Origin: Candidatus Micrarchaeia archaeon | GTDB taxonomy: Archaea; Micrarchaeota; Micrarchaeia; Burarchaeales; Fermentimicrarchaeaceae | Length of the DNA stretch: 64,000 nt | Assembly: GCA_038871515.1 (NCBI GenBank) | Contig: JAVZHX010000001.1 | Coordinates: forward strand, 64,001 to 128,000 | Direction of reading: 5' to 3' | Part shown: positions 8,979 through 19,021 of the stretch, in pieces | Position numbering within the stretch: the first letter of the stretch is position 1 | How the letters are laid out: every line of letters starts with the position of its first letter | Program-made: the position numbers and the translations under genes | Notes under the pieces: model-generated | Databases searched by the model: none | Told to the model about the DNA's origin: nothing | The model's input: only the letters and a program-made list of their open reading frames with translations

Positions 8979-10539
8979 ATTTATATTCCACTCCAAAAAA
9001 GATTATTATGGTGGTTTATTGAGCGACCAGCAAGTTAGTGAAGGAGTGCTGGAGGAGTACAACTTCATGGCAGGCGATATACCAGTTACAGTTAAGATAA
9101 CACAGACTAAGAAGGATTTTGTGCCGCATTATGAGATTGGAGTGAAAGGATTGGGGGAGGGAACGAGAATTGTTTTGAATACTCTGCGAGGGGAGCTGAT
9201 AACAGATGTTAAGCTTGATGCCGAGGAGCTGATGAACCCAAAGCTGATAGATCAAGTGAAGAAGAAGTTTGAGGAGAAGGCGATGAAGCTGATTGATAAG
9301 CACTTTCTCTCCCTTTCTGAGGATGCGAAGAAGCTGCTTGCATCTTACCTTGTTCAGAATATGCTTGGGCTGGGCGATTTAGAAACTCCGATTCATGATG
9401 AGAACCTTGAGGAGATTGTTGTTAATGGAGCATCTGAGCCTGTTTGGGTTTTTCATAAGAGGCATGGGTGGTGCAAGACGAATCTTTTTATAAAGGATGA
9501 GGAAACCATATACGAGTATGCTGCAAGCGTTGGGAGGAGGGTTGGGAGGCAGATAACTGTTTTGAACCCATTGATGGATGCGACGCTTACGGATGGTTCA
9601 AGAGTTAATGCAACGCTCCATCCAATTTCAGTATGCGGAAACACAATAACGATAAGGAAGTTCTCAAAGAATCCGTGGACGATTACTGCGGTGCTTGAGA
9701 GGAACACGATAAGCCCAGAAGCGGCTTCTTTGATATGGTTGTGCATACAGAATGAGCTTTCGCTGATTGTTTCGGGTGGAACGGCCAGCGGAAAAACTTC
9801 ATTCCTGAACTCAATTGCTTGCTTCTTTCCACCAAACCACAGAATAATTACAATAGAGGATACTTCTGAGCTTACTCTGCCAAAACACTTGCAGTGGGTG
9901 CCAATGTTGACAAGGCAGCCGAACCCAGAAGGAAAAGGAGAGGTAACTATGCTGGATTTGCTGGTTAATGCTTTGAGGCAGAGACCTGACAGACTGCTTG
10001 TCGGAGAGATAAGGAGGCAGAGGGAAGCAGAGGTGCTTTTTGAGGCGATGCACACGGGGCACTCTGTTTACGCAACGCTGCACGCAGATAACGCAGGCGA
10101 CACGATAACAAGGTTAACCAACCCCCCAATCAGTATACCGAAGAGCATGCTTGACGCGCTTGCCGGAATTGTGGTTCAGTTCAGACACAGAAGGCTGGGG
10201 ATAAGGAGGATGCTGGAGTTCGCTGAAATACTGAAGGGAGGGGATATAAACGTGATAGCAAGGTGGGATTTGAAAACTGATTCAATAAAGGAGATAAATG
10301 AGCTGACTGTGCTTGCGGATACGCTTTCACTTTATGCTGGTATGACAAGGAAGGAGATTGTGGAGGATATTGCCGAAAAGACGAGAGTTTTGAAGTGGAT
10401 GTTGAAGAATCAGATAAGGGATGTTGATAACGTTGGGTTGGTGGTTTCAAGGTATTACCGCAACAGGGATGAGATGATGGAGATTGTGAATAAGGATCAG
10501 CCTTGGAGTGAGGAGTTAGGTATTTATGGAAGCGGGTGA
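8971..10539 (+). CDS. Type IV pilus / Tad assembly ATPase (VirB11/CpaF/FlaI family)
   Basis: Walker A GGTASGKTS, Asp box TIEDTSEL, LRQRPDRLLVGEIR, His box TGHSVYATLHA. Confidence 0.95.
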   Translation: MDKFIFHSKKDYYGGLLSDQQVSEGVLEEYNFMAGDIPVTVKITQTKKDFVPHYEIGVKGLGEGTRIVLNTLRGELITDVKLDAEELMNPKLIDQVKKKFEEKAMKLIDKHFLSLSEDAKKLLASYLVQNMLGLGDLETPIHDENLEEIVVNGASEPVWVFHKRHGWCKTNLFIKDEETIYEYAASVGRRVGRQITVLNPLMDATLTDGSRVNATLHPISVCGNTITIRKFSKNPWTITAVLERNTISPEAASLIWLCIQNELSLIVSGGTASGKTSFLNSIACFFPPNHRIITIEDTSELTLPKHLQWVPMLTRQPNPEGKGEVTMLDLLVNALRQRPDRLLVGEIRRQREAEVLFEAMHTGHSVYATLHADNAGDTITRLTNPPISIPKSMLDALAGIVVQFRHRRLGIRRMLEFAEILKGGDINVIARWDLKTDSIKEINELTVLADTLSLYAGMTRKEIVEDIAEKTRVLKWMLKNQIRDVDNVGLVVSRYYRNRDEMMEIVNKDQPWSEELGIYGSG

Positions 10540-11146
10540 AGCTGAGCAGATAGCGCCAGAGGTGCCTGAGGGAGCCAGCGAGGAGTTCTTGCGGTATTCC
10601 GCGGAAGTGAAGAGATTGGAGAGGAAAGCTCTTCAAATTAAAAGAACAATGGGGGTTGATGGGAATGTTTTCAGCGAGTTTGATATTGAGAGCATATCAG
10701 TAAAAACTTATGAGGAGGCGCTTGAAAGGGCAAGAAGAATAGAGAGTGGTGGGGTTAAGGGAACAGGTAAAAAGGAGGTTCCTGAGCCTGAAAGTATATT
10801 GAGTGAGGAGGAGCTCATCAGAATACCTAAGGAGAAAATTGAGGTAGTTGCAAGAAGCGAGAAAGAGATACTTGAGGAGGAGAGGAAGTTAAAAGAGATG
10901 AAGGAGAAGTTCGCAAAGCTGCTTTCAGAGATTCCAAAAGAGGAACCTGAGAAACCAAAGCTGTTGGAGGAGGCGGCAAAAAAAGCAGAGGAGAAACCTG
11001 TTGAGGAAGGCAAACCGGAGGAGATAAAGGAGTTAAGTGAGAATTTCAAGAGAATAATGATGAAGAAGGAGGAGAGGGAGAAGAAGGAGAGAATAAGGAA
11101 AATGAAAAAGGAAATTGAGGAGATGCTTGAAAGCGGTGAGATGTGA
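10526..11146 (+). CDS. Charged coiled-coil hypothetical protein in the pilus operon
   Basis: 206 aa, E/K-rich, overlaps both neighbours. Confidence 0.65.
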   Translation: MEAGEAEQIAPEVPEGASEEFLRYSAEVKRLERKALQIKRTMGVDGNVFSEFDIESISVKTYEEALERARRIESGGVKGTGKKEVPEPESILSEEELIRIPKEKIEVVARSEKEILEEERKLKEMKEKFAKLLSEIPKEEPEKPKLLEEAAKKAEEKPVEEGKPEEIKELSENFKRIMMKKEEREKKERIRKMKKEIEEMLESGEM

Positions 11147-12072
11147 TGGCGGAAGTTGAGAAAAAGGAGGAGATGAAGCGGATATTGGAGAAGATGGCAC
11201 CTAAGAAAGAAGTAGCAAAGGCGCCTGAGGCTGCAGCACCGAAAGTGAAAATGGGGTGGGGGAGACGAATTGTTGGAGTTGTGGTGAAGCAGTTTCCGGA
11301 TTTGCCAAGAAAGCTGGAAATGGCAGATATGGCAATTGACCCAAAGGATTTTGTTGCGAGGACGCTTGTGAATGCGCTTGTTATGATGGTGCTTTTCACG
11401 TTTGTGCTGAGCCTTCTCGCATCGGAGATGAAATTCCCATTAATTTTTGTTGCACTCATTGCTCCAATAATATTCTTTGCTTTCTTTATGATGGGGATGG
11501 GTGCTGTTGATGTTAGGATAAGCCAGAAGGCAAGGGAGGTTGACAGAGATGCTTTGTTTGCTGGGAGGGATATTTTGATTGCGCTGAAGTCAGGGGCACC
11601 TCTTTTCAATGCATTGGTTGGAGTGAGAAAGGATTATGGGGCAACAAGCAGGGAGTTTCAGAAAATAGTTGAAAAAATAGACAGTGGAATACCGCCAGAG
11701 ATAGCACTGCAACAAGCGTATGAATCGAACAAAGCACCTTCTTTCAGAAGGATAATACTGCAAATTCTCATGTCACTGCGCTCTGGCTCGGATATAGCTA
11801 CTGGGTTGGAAACTGCGCTGAATCAGATTTCGCAGGAGCAGGTTATAGAGATAAAAAGATATGGGCAGAAGCTGAACCCAATTGCGATGTTCTACATGCT
11901 GTTTGCAATAATACTTCCTTCGTTGGGAGTTGCAATTGGGGTGATACTGAGTTCATTTATAAACCTGGGTGTTGATTTTGGAGTGCTGCTTGTGGTTTTG
12001 GTTGTACTGGCGCTTATACAGTATACTTTTCTCACAATAATAAAATCATCAAGGCCGAGCTTTGATATATGA
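11143..12072 (+). CDS. TadC/FlaJ-like pilus platform membrane protein (T2SSF family)
   Basis: TM helices flanking a T2SSF-like domain (LKSGAPLFNAL...YGATSREFQKIVEKIDSG); downstream of the ATPase. Confidence 0.88.
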   Translation: MMAEVEKKEEMKRILEKMAPKKEVAKAPEAAAPKVKMGWGRRIVGVVVKQFPDLPRKLEMADMAIDPKDFVARTLVNALVMMVLFTFVLSLLASEMKFPLIFVALIAPIIFFAFFMMGMGAVDVRISQKAREVDRDALFAGRDILIALKSGAPLFNALVGVRKDYGATSREFQKIVEKIDSGIPPEIALQQAYESNKAPSFRRIILQILMSLRSGSDIATGLETALNQISQEQVIEIKRYGQKLNPIAMFYMLFAIILPSLGVAIGVILSSFINLGVDFGVLLVVLVVLALIQYTFLTIIKSSRPSFDI

Positions 12073-12081
12073 GGTAGGAGG

Positions 12082-13074
12082 ATGGCTGAAGTTTATGGCG
12101 TGCTGGGAAGGTTGCTGAAAAGGGAATGGATAGTGAAAATAGAGGATACGCTGTCTATGGCTGGAGTTGATATATCGCCAGAAACATTTACTGGGATGGT
12201 TCTGCTTTTTGTGTTTGGGGTTCCAATTCCGGTGTTTATATTTCTGAGCAGAGCGCTTCCAGACGTTGCAATCATAGCTGCTGCTGGAGTGATGATTCTT
12301 GATGGGCTTATTGTTTATGTTTTAATTAGAATGAGGATAGATAACAGAAGGAAGCAGATAGAGGAGGTGCTTCCTGATTTTCTGCAGATATGCGCTGCAA
12401 ACGTAAGGGCGGGAATGTCACTGGAGAGGGCTTTGTGGTTTGCGGCAAGGCCGGAGTTTGGTTTGCTTTCTGAGGAGATTGCAGATACTACAAGAAGGAC
12501 GTTTGGGGGGGAGCCTTTCACGCAGGCGTTGAGGAGGCTTTCAAGGAAGTTTGAGTCAAGACAGCTTACAAGAACGGTTAACCTTTTGATTGAGGAGAGC
12601 TCAAGCGGAGGTGAGGTTGCAACCCTGCTTGACAAGTGCGCTTGGGATGCAAGGCAGATTCAGATACTGCATAAGGAGATTTCTGAAATGATGTTGATGT
12701 ATGTTATATTCATTGTTTTTGCATCCTGTATAGGGGCGCCTATGCTTTATGGTTTATCCTACCAGCTCATCAGCGCAACGAATAAAATATGGGGTAATAT
12801 ACTGGAGCAGAATCCACAGGGGTTCCCGAAAGTTGGCGTTATGTCTTTGTTACAGCCAAGCCCACCAAAGGTTTCAACAGAGGATTTTTATAAATTCTCA
12901 ATTATAGCAACTATACTTGTAACGTTTTCAGCGTCTTTTATAGTTGCTGTTGTGAACACTGGCTCGTGGATTAATGGTTTCAAATATGCTCCTTTCTTCA
13001 TAGGTTTAGGTTTAGGAGTGTTTTTCATAATCACAATGGTTTTCAGCTTGGTGTTTGCTTCTTTGCTTGTTTAA
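12082..13074 (+). CDS. Second TadC/FlaJ-like platform membrane protein (T2SSF family)
   Basis: IEEVLPDFLQICAANVRAGMSLERAL...FGLLSEEI motif and TM helices. Confidence 0.9.
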   Translation: MAEVYGVLGRLLKREWIVKIEDTLSMAGVDISPETFTGMVLLFVFGVPIPVFIFLSRALPDVAIIAAAGVMILDGLIVYVLIRMRIDNRRKQIEEVLPDFLQICAANVRAGMSLERALWFAARPEFGLLSEEIADTTRRTFGGEPFTQALRRLSRKFESRQLTRTVNLLIEESSSGGEVATLLDKCAWDARQIQILHKEISEMMLMYVIFIVFASCIGAPMLYGLSYQLISATNKIWGNILEQNPQGFPKVGVMSLLQPSPPKVSTEDFYKFSIIATILVTFSASFIVAVVNTGSWINGFKYAPFFIGLGLGVFFIITMVFSLVFASLLV

Positions 13075-16000
13075 TCAGCAGATACATATGCAGGTTGCAC
13101 AGCTGTTCTGGCAGGAGTACCAGGGGTAGCATGGGCAACGTAAGCTGCAGTCGCAGCATGTTTTACCAACTGGGCAACCGCAGTCAACACAGCAGTCAAA
13201 CTGAGTTTCTGTGTCCTCGCATTTTTTGTTTCCACAAACTGCACCGCCATAGTTGAGAGCAAGCATTTCCGCATCATATACGCGGAGGTGAGTGAATGCA
13301 CCTGTTGGGGTTACCAAAGCAACTTCATTGTCAAGGTAGAAGTGAGGCAGGTTATCATCGGTACATACTGAAACGTTCTCGCAGTTCGGCATTCCCTTTA
13401 TTTTGTATTTGTTTGGAGTGGCTGTTTTGTTGAAGTAGTAATAATCAATTGATGTTTTTGGAACTCGGAATTGGTCAACTCGCACAAATGATTCTATTCC
13501 GTATGGTGATGGGCCGAACTGGCCGTATAATCGCATAAGGAAGCTTGGAGCAAGCTTGGATTCCGTGTAGTATCCGTTTAAGTAGAATTCCCTGAGCTTT
13601 GAGATATCCTGAACAACGTTATAATCTCCATTAAGAAGCACGTATGAGGAGTTTGAGATGTTGGAGTAAACAGTGCGTTGGGAGAAGTTGAAGAGGTAGG
13701 GCTTTCCAACAATATCTGGATGATTGATGCAGTCCGTTGCATTCTTTATACATGTATCATCCTCAAATATCAGGCCAGCAAATTCCTTTATTGCTGAGCA
13801 CAAAGTAACATTGGCAATCAGCGATGAATCTTTAACGAGGAGTATTTTTGAGCTGTCAACAAGTGGAGTTATGTTATTGCAGTTTGGCTTGTTTACAGCT
13901 GGTTTCACAACCATCGCATAAATCCAGCTTGAAGCATGGGAAGCGGTTGTGTTTCCAATAATTTTGACAAATGGTCCTGAGAGCGGGTTTTGCTTCACCA
14001 CTTTGTGGTAGGTTGTTGTGCTGTTCAATGAATAAACTGGGTCCTCAAATGTAAGTACTGCTGGGTGGAGCTCACCTGAGAATGAAACGCGGTATGTTGT
14101 GGAGTTCCTCCCTATGTCAAAGCATGTTCTGTTGCAAACAACGTCAATTGAGTTCGGTCCCAGGTAGAGCTGGTCTGTTATAAGTTGATATAAACCGAGC
14201 GTTGCATTGAACCACATCTGGTTTGGCACTCCATTTATGTTCAGGGTGCAGGTTGCTCCCTCAATAATTTTACTATCGGTAACATTTGTGTAGTTAACTG
14301 TGAAGTTCACCATAGCTCCGTAGGGTGCAGTTTCTGGTGTTGCGTTTATTATTGTTATAACTGGGTACGGATCAAGAATGAAGTATGTATTAGTAGTTGT
14401 TTCCCTGTATCTGAAACCAGGCGCATATGCGCTGCAGTTCCACGTGTTTTCGCCTGGAGGAAGCTCGTTTGTTTCATAGTAATAGACTCCCAAAGTTTCA
14501 TCAAACTTCACATCTGGGATTTCAACTCCCCAGGAAGTGTGAATCTGCGAGTTTATCGTTAGGTTTACCATTGTGTTTTGAGCTGGTTTTATTGGAGCTG
14601 AAACGTTTCCATCAGTGTAGTTGCAGGTAAATCTGACAAACGTTGCGTAGCACACTGGTGTTGGTTGGGGTTCTGCCGAGGTATTTAGGTTCGCACATGG
14701 AGTGTTGTTCCATCCTCCCCAGTAGCAGTTCGCTTCATCACAACTTCTCAGCGCTACGCTCACTGAGCCGTTTACTCCTTTGTTGCAGAACATGCAGTCA
14801 GCTGAGGGGCTTGGGTGGTAGTAGAACATATCATTTTCTCCATCATCGCCACAGCAGCAGGAGGAAGCGGTGCAGTTTTCTGGTATTGAACCAGTAAGCG
14901 CAGTATACCAAGTTCCGTTGCTACCTGTATTGTTGAACATTGTACAATCCTCCTTTCTCCCATCCCAGTTCACATTATAAAGGAATAAACTGATTGATTC
15001 GTTAACAGAGTTGTTGCACTGCGGATCAGACGTGCAGGTTAGGTTTGCTGTACAGTCGTTAGCTATCTGTCCTGCTGGAGCAGATGCAGTGTCGATAGGT
15101 GGTTTGGGGTCAACCGTTCCATTCGTAGTGATTATGCCAACTCCCTTGTTTTCATAGCCAGTATGGTAGAAAGTTATGTTGGCAACCCAGTCCCCTTCAA
15201 CAGAATAATTTTTGAGGAAGTTATATGCGCAGCGGAAGTTGCTTCTGTTCACTAAGTTTGATGAGGTGGTGTTGAAACCGCATACTGTTGGAGTGTCAAA
15301 GTCAGCTGTTGAATAACCCAAAAATACACAGCTCATATTATCATTTATAACTGGGATGCCAAGTGGGTTGAAGATAGTTACTCTTGCAGATGTGTTGAGG
15401 CAGCCAACGCAGAGCTGGGGGTATTGAACTGAGATTGTTTGGGTGGTGGTTTGCGCAAGGTTTCCATACGTGTCGTTTGCGTAGAATTTGTATGAAACTG
15501 TTTTGCCAGCGCAGGCAGCAGAAATGGTTTTTGTAGTGTTCGTCCAGTTGCCTACTTGGAAGCTTTGGGGAGCATCATCAACCCAAGTATCACAGCTCTC
15601 TCCCCCTCCACTCCAGGAGAACCAGTATTGACTTAAAGCAGTGTTGTCGCTCCACTGAGAGTAAAATAAAACATCTTGGTTTGTTGTTGGAGCTGATGAG
15701 TTTGTTGCGAAGTTAGAGTAAATTGGTGGTTGTGAATCAATAACACCAATGATTACATTGAGGTAAGCATAATCCACATATGCTGTTAAGGTATGTCCTG
15801 TTTTACTCTGATTTCCTCTAACTGCGAACTGAACTAACCCAGAAGTGGAATTGTAAACGAGGGATTTGTTTGAAGCATCAAAAACCGCACAATAGGTGTT
15901 TTCTGAGTTGTAAGGAAGGGTTTGCCATGAAACCCATAAGGAAGTTTGAGTGTTATACCATAATAAGTTGGAGGAGTAAGAGCCACCAGTTGAATTGTAT

Positions 16001-16638
16001 TTACCTTCCCAGCAGAAGTTCAATTGAGTTATATCATTCCAATTGAATGCGGAGAGGTTGAAAGTGTATCTCTGAAAGGTATATTTGTAGCTAGGGGTGT
16101 TACTCTCGCAACCATCTGAGCTAATTTCATTAGCGTCGTATAATCCCGGTGTGCAGGTGTAATAACATGCACCTCCATTAACGCAGGATGCGGTGCCACT
16201 ACAAAAATACTCACCTAGTATTCTTCTGCAAGAGCATCCAGTTACATATGTTATACAGGTATAGCTACTTATAACCTCGCCAGGAGCGGGGGAGCAGACC
16301 GGACTGGCAAGGTTGCAAGTTCCCCGGATACAGTCAGAAGCCCTTCCGCATTCGATACTAGCATCGCAACCCAACCCGATTCCAGTTGGGGGGTTGCAAG
16401 CTGATGTTAGAAGTTGTTGGGCAGTTGAGGTTGAGTAAACGTCATTTGATGTATTTATATAATCATAAGCGGCAAATTCGGATGATGCGGCGAATGGGGA
16501 TATATCATTTGTAGAAGAAACTAGGTACGCTTTATGCACGGAGCTAGGCAGAAGCTGGGTTGTTTCGCTTGCGCTGAGCGCAACCATGTAGAGAATGAGT
16601 AATGATAACTTCAACAGATTTAATTTTGCGTTTCTCAT
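13075..16638 (-). CDS. Large secreted Cys/Thr/Asn-rich surface protein (adhesin-like, Ig-like beta repeats)
   Basis: Sec-type signal peptide MRNAKLNLLKLSLLILYMVALSA, many NxS/T sequons, Cys clusters, C-terminal CGNxxC module; GGAGGT upstream of ATG 16638. Confidence 0.8.
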   Translation of the reverse strand: MRNAKLNLLKLSLLILYMVALSASETTQLLPSSVHKAYLVSSTNDISPFAASSEFAAYDYINTSNDVYSTSTAQQLLTSACNPPTGIGLGCDASIECGRASDCIRGTCNLASPVCSPAPGEVISSYTCITYVTGCSCRRILGEYFCSGTASCVNGGACYYTCTPGLYDANEISSDGCESNTPSYKYTFQRYTFNLSAFNWNDITQLNFCWEGKYNSTGGSYSSNLLWYNTQTSLWVSWQTLPYNSENTYCAVFDASNKSLVYNSTSGLVQFAVRGNQSKTGHTLTAYVDYAYLNVIIGVIDSQPPIYSNFATNSSAPTTNQDVLFYSQWSDNTALSQYWFSWSGGGESCDTWVDDAPQSFQVGNWTNTTKTISAACAGKTVSYKFYANDTYGNLAQTTTQTISVQYPQLCVGCLNTSARVTIFNPLGIPVINDNMSCVFLGYSTADFDTPTVCGFNTTSSNLVNRSNFRCAYNFLKNYSVEGDWVANITFYHTGYENKGVGIITTNGTVDPKPPIDTASAPAGQIANDCTANLTCTSDPQCNNSVNESISLFLYNVNWDGRKEDCTMFNNTGSNGTWYTALTGSIPENCTASSCCCGDDGENDMFYYHPSPSADCMFCNKGVNGSVSVALRSCDEANCYWGGWNNTPCANLNTSAEPQPTPVCYATFVRFTCNYTDGNVSAPIKPAQNTMVNLTINSQIHTSWGVEIPDVKFDETLGVYYYETNELPPGENTWNCSAYAPGFRYRETTTNTYFILDPYPVITIINATPETAPYGAMVNFTVNYTNVTDSKIIEGATCTLNINGVPNQMWFNATLGLYQLITDQLYLGPNSIDVVCNRTCFDIGRNSTTYRVSFSGELHPAVLTFEDPVYSLNSTTTYHKVVKQNPLSGPFVKIIGNTTASHASSWIYAMVVKPAVNKPNCNNITPLVDSSKILLVKDSSLIANVTLCSAIKEFAGLIFEDDTCIKNATDCINHPDIVGKPYLFNFSQRTVYSNISNSSYVLLNGDYNVVQDISKLREFYLNGYYTESKLAPSFLMRLYGQFGPSPYGIESFVRVDQFRVPKTSIDYYYFNKTATPNKYKIKGMPNCENVSVCTDDNLPHFYLDNEVALVTPTGAFTHLRVYDAEMLALNYGGAVCGNKKCEDTETQFDCCVDCGCPVGKTCCDCSLRCPCYPWYSCQNSCATCICIC

Positions 16639-16639
16639 A

Positions 16640-17257
16640 TCAACCTCCATAAGTGTAATTTGTTAATGGAATTGTCACAAGTATTGGGGTTAAATCCCTT
16701 CTGAAAACTGAATCAAGCGATTTATCAGTTATATTTAGATGAAGATTGTATCCAATTTTAACGTTCCATGGGTCTGATTGGTATATTCCAATGTTATCCC
16801 GGTATATGCTGACGTTAAAGCCTGCCTTCTCACCAAGTTGTATCATCCTTGCATCCCACTCCTTTAAAGTTAAATTGCCCATATGATCCGGGCTTGAGAA
16901 ACTTACGTTGTTTCCATCCATCTTCGTGTAATTTTCTTTTCCTCCAAGAGTTGCGTTGTACATCAATTCATATATGCAATTCCTGTCGAAGCACTTTGCA
17001 TTATTGAGAAATTTGCTTTCATTATTATACGCGACATATGCAGCGGCAGTTCTCAAAGCATTCGCCCCGCAGAGAAGAGTTGTTCTCTCTGCATCCTCCC
17101 GTATCATCTGCGCAAATTCATTCATTTTATTTATTCTCATTGAAACAACAACCTGCTCTTCCTGAGATTCCCTGATGCGCGTCCAAGCAGTTACTGAAAT
17201 TAGAACGAGGAAGAAGAATATGAAAATCAGCAGGGTGAAGAAGAAACCCTTCCTCAT
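16640..17257 (-). CDS. Class III signal peptide (pilin-like) protein
   Basis: MRKG/FFFTLLIFIFFFLVL N-terminus; GAGGTG SD upstream; IYQSDPWNV motif. Confidence 0.75.
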   Translation of the reverse strand: MRKGFFFTLLIFIFFFLVLISVTAWTRIRESQEEQVVVSMRINKMNEFAQMIREDAERTTLLCGANALRTAAAYVAYNNESKFLNNAKCFDRNCIYELMYNATLGGKENYTKMDGNNVSFSSPDHMGNLTLKEWDARMIQLGEKAGFNVSIYRDNIGIYQSDPWNVKIGYNLHLNITDKSLDSVFRRDLTPILVTIPLTNYTYGG

Positions 17258-17265
17258 AACGCACC

Positions 17266-18921
17266 TCAATTCCAAATCATTAATCTTATTTCTATGGGGC
17301 GATTGTAATACACCATGGTGCCTGTTCGCACCACCCCAGAGATATATTTACTTTCCTGTATTAAAATCCTTCGGTATTTGGTTTGATTGCAGTCGTTTGT
17401 GTATAGTGAATCCCACGGAGCACCTGCTCTCCCATCGCAGTAGAACCCAGTCATGCCCTGTCCCTTCACAACAAGCTCAAAGCCATATCTGCTCGGTATT
17501 GCAGAATCAAGAAACTCCTTTGCAAGAGCTACCGCACACTCCTTCTTTCCGATATACCAGAATGCTGCAATTGAGTCAAGTATTGACATATTTTCATCCC
17601 ATGCGGAGCAGTTTCCAAATGCGTATAAGTTTCCGTTATTCGCTCCAATGAATATTCTCCCATTAACAACTGCTGGGGAGGAATAGATTGATGCGTTAAC
17701 TTTGTAGCGCCATAACGGGTTGTTCACATCTATGTCATATTTGGGGTATACCGCAATAACTCCGTCGTTTGTTGCAACAACAATTGTGTCATTAGCAATG
17801 ACTGGGGAGGAGTGAATTATTGAGTTTAAACTCCTTACATAGAAGGAGCGAGTTGTGAGGTTCACAACGCATATCCCGTTTGTATAACCGATATAGGCAG
17901 TATCATTGTCAATAACAGGAGAGGAAGTAAAGTTGTATGCGCCTATTGATATGTTCCACATCTGAGTTCCGTTTGTTATATTTATTGCATAGAAGTAATG
18001 CCCAGTGCCAATGTAAACTTCATCTCCTCTGGTTGCTGGGGATGGGTCAAGAAACGTGGTTGGAGTTGGGTCGGTTATCTCATACCGCCACAACAACTTT
18101 CCATTTTCCTCATCAAGAGCGTAGAGAAATCCAAAGTTCGCGCCACCTCCAAAAAGTGGAGAGAATACAAATACTTTTCCGTTGTATACTGCTGGAGAGG
18201 AGCTGATGTTTCCTTGTGCTGTGAAATTCCAAACTGACTTTCCAGAATCCTCATCAAAAGCATAAATTGTGCTATCCATTGAAGCGATGAAAACTTTTCC
18301 GTTATGAACCTTTGGTGAGGAAACGATTCTGTCTCCCAGAGTGACGTTCCACAGAAGATTTCCTCCCTCATCCAAAACGTAGAAATCGTTGCTTAAACCA
18401 CCTATGAAAATCTTGCCATTCTGGAATGCTGGTGAGGAGTCAGTTGAGATTGGCAGATACCAAAGCTTCACCCCAGTATTTTCATCAAAAGCATACGTCC
18501 CGTTGCGAGATGCCACCACAACTTTCCCGTTATCTACTGAAGGGGAGGAATAAACTGGCACGTTGACCCCAAATGGCCCAACCCTTGTTATCCACCATAC
18601 AGATGAGGAGTTTGGGTTTATTGATAATATGGAGAGGGAGGAGGCATTGTTGTTAAGAGTTCTTCGGAACATAGGCCATCTGGAGAGAGAATTGTTCTTC
18701 ACGTATAGTAAATAATTGGCGTAAGGGTAGTTTGATTTTCCGGTGATATTTGAAAGTTTTAGCTCGCTCATCACATTCAAAGTATCCTTTGCAAGCGACT
18801 GATACTGCTGAACGTAAGTTCTTGGCACGTAGTTGATGAGAAGCAGAATGGAGAGCATAATTGTTATGAGGTAGAAAGCAATAATTGCGTCTGCTGTGAA
18901 TATAAATGCTTTGTGTTTCAT
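17266..18921 (-). CDS. Class III signal peptide protein with a PQQ-like beta-propeller
   Basis: MKHKA/FIFTADAIIA N-terminus; about 8 repeats of SSPxVxNGKVFI...YAxDxxxGxxxW. Confidence 0.85.
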   Translation of the reverse strand: MKHKAFIFTADAIIAFYLITIMLSILLLINYVPRTYVQQYQSLAKDTLNVMSELKLSNITGKSNYPYANYLLYVKNNSLSRWPMFRRTLNNNASSLSILSINPNSSSVWWITRVGPFGVNVPVYSSPSVDNGKVVVASRNGTYAFDENTGVKLWYLPISTDSSPAFQNGKIFIGGLSNDFYVLDEGGNLLWNVTLGDRIVSSPKVHNGKVFIASMDSTIYAFDEDSGKSVWNFTAQGNISSSPAVYNGKVFVFSPLFGGGANFGFLYALDEENGKLLWRYEITDPTPTTFLDPSPATRGDEVYIGTGHYFYAINITNGTQMWNISIGAYNFTSSPVIDNDTAYIGYTNGICVVNLTTRSFYVRSLNSIIHSSPVIANDTIVVATNDGVIAVYPKYDIDVNNPLWRYKVNASIYSSPAVVNGRIFIGANNGNLYAFGNCSAWDENMSILDSIAAFWYIGKKECAVALAKEFLDSAIPSRYGFELVVKGQGMTGFYCDGRAGAPWDSLYTNDCNQTKYRRILIQESKYISGVVRTGTMVYYNRPIEIRLMIWN

Positions 18922-18960
18922 TGATGAGGTATTGTGGCATGGAGGTATAAAATATTATAG

Positions 18961-18988
18961 TTTATAATGCCGAATTTATAATGCCGAA
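18961..18988. repeat. Perfect tandem duplication TTTATAATGCCGAA x2
   Basis: 18961-18974 is identical to 18975-18988. Confidence 0.9.
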
Positions 18989-19021
18989 TGCAAAGAGAGG
19001 AAAGCTAGTTTGGAGCATTAG

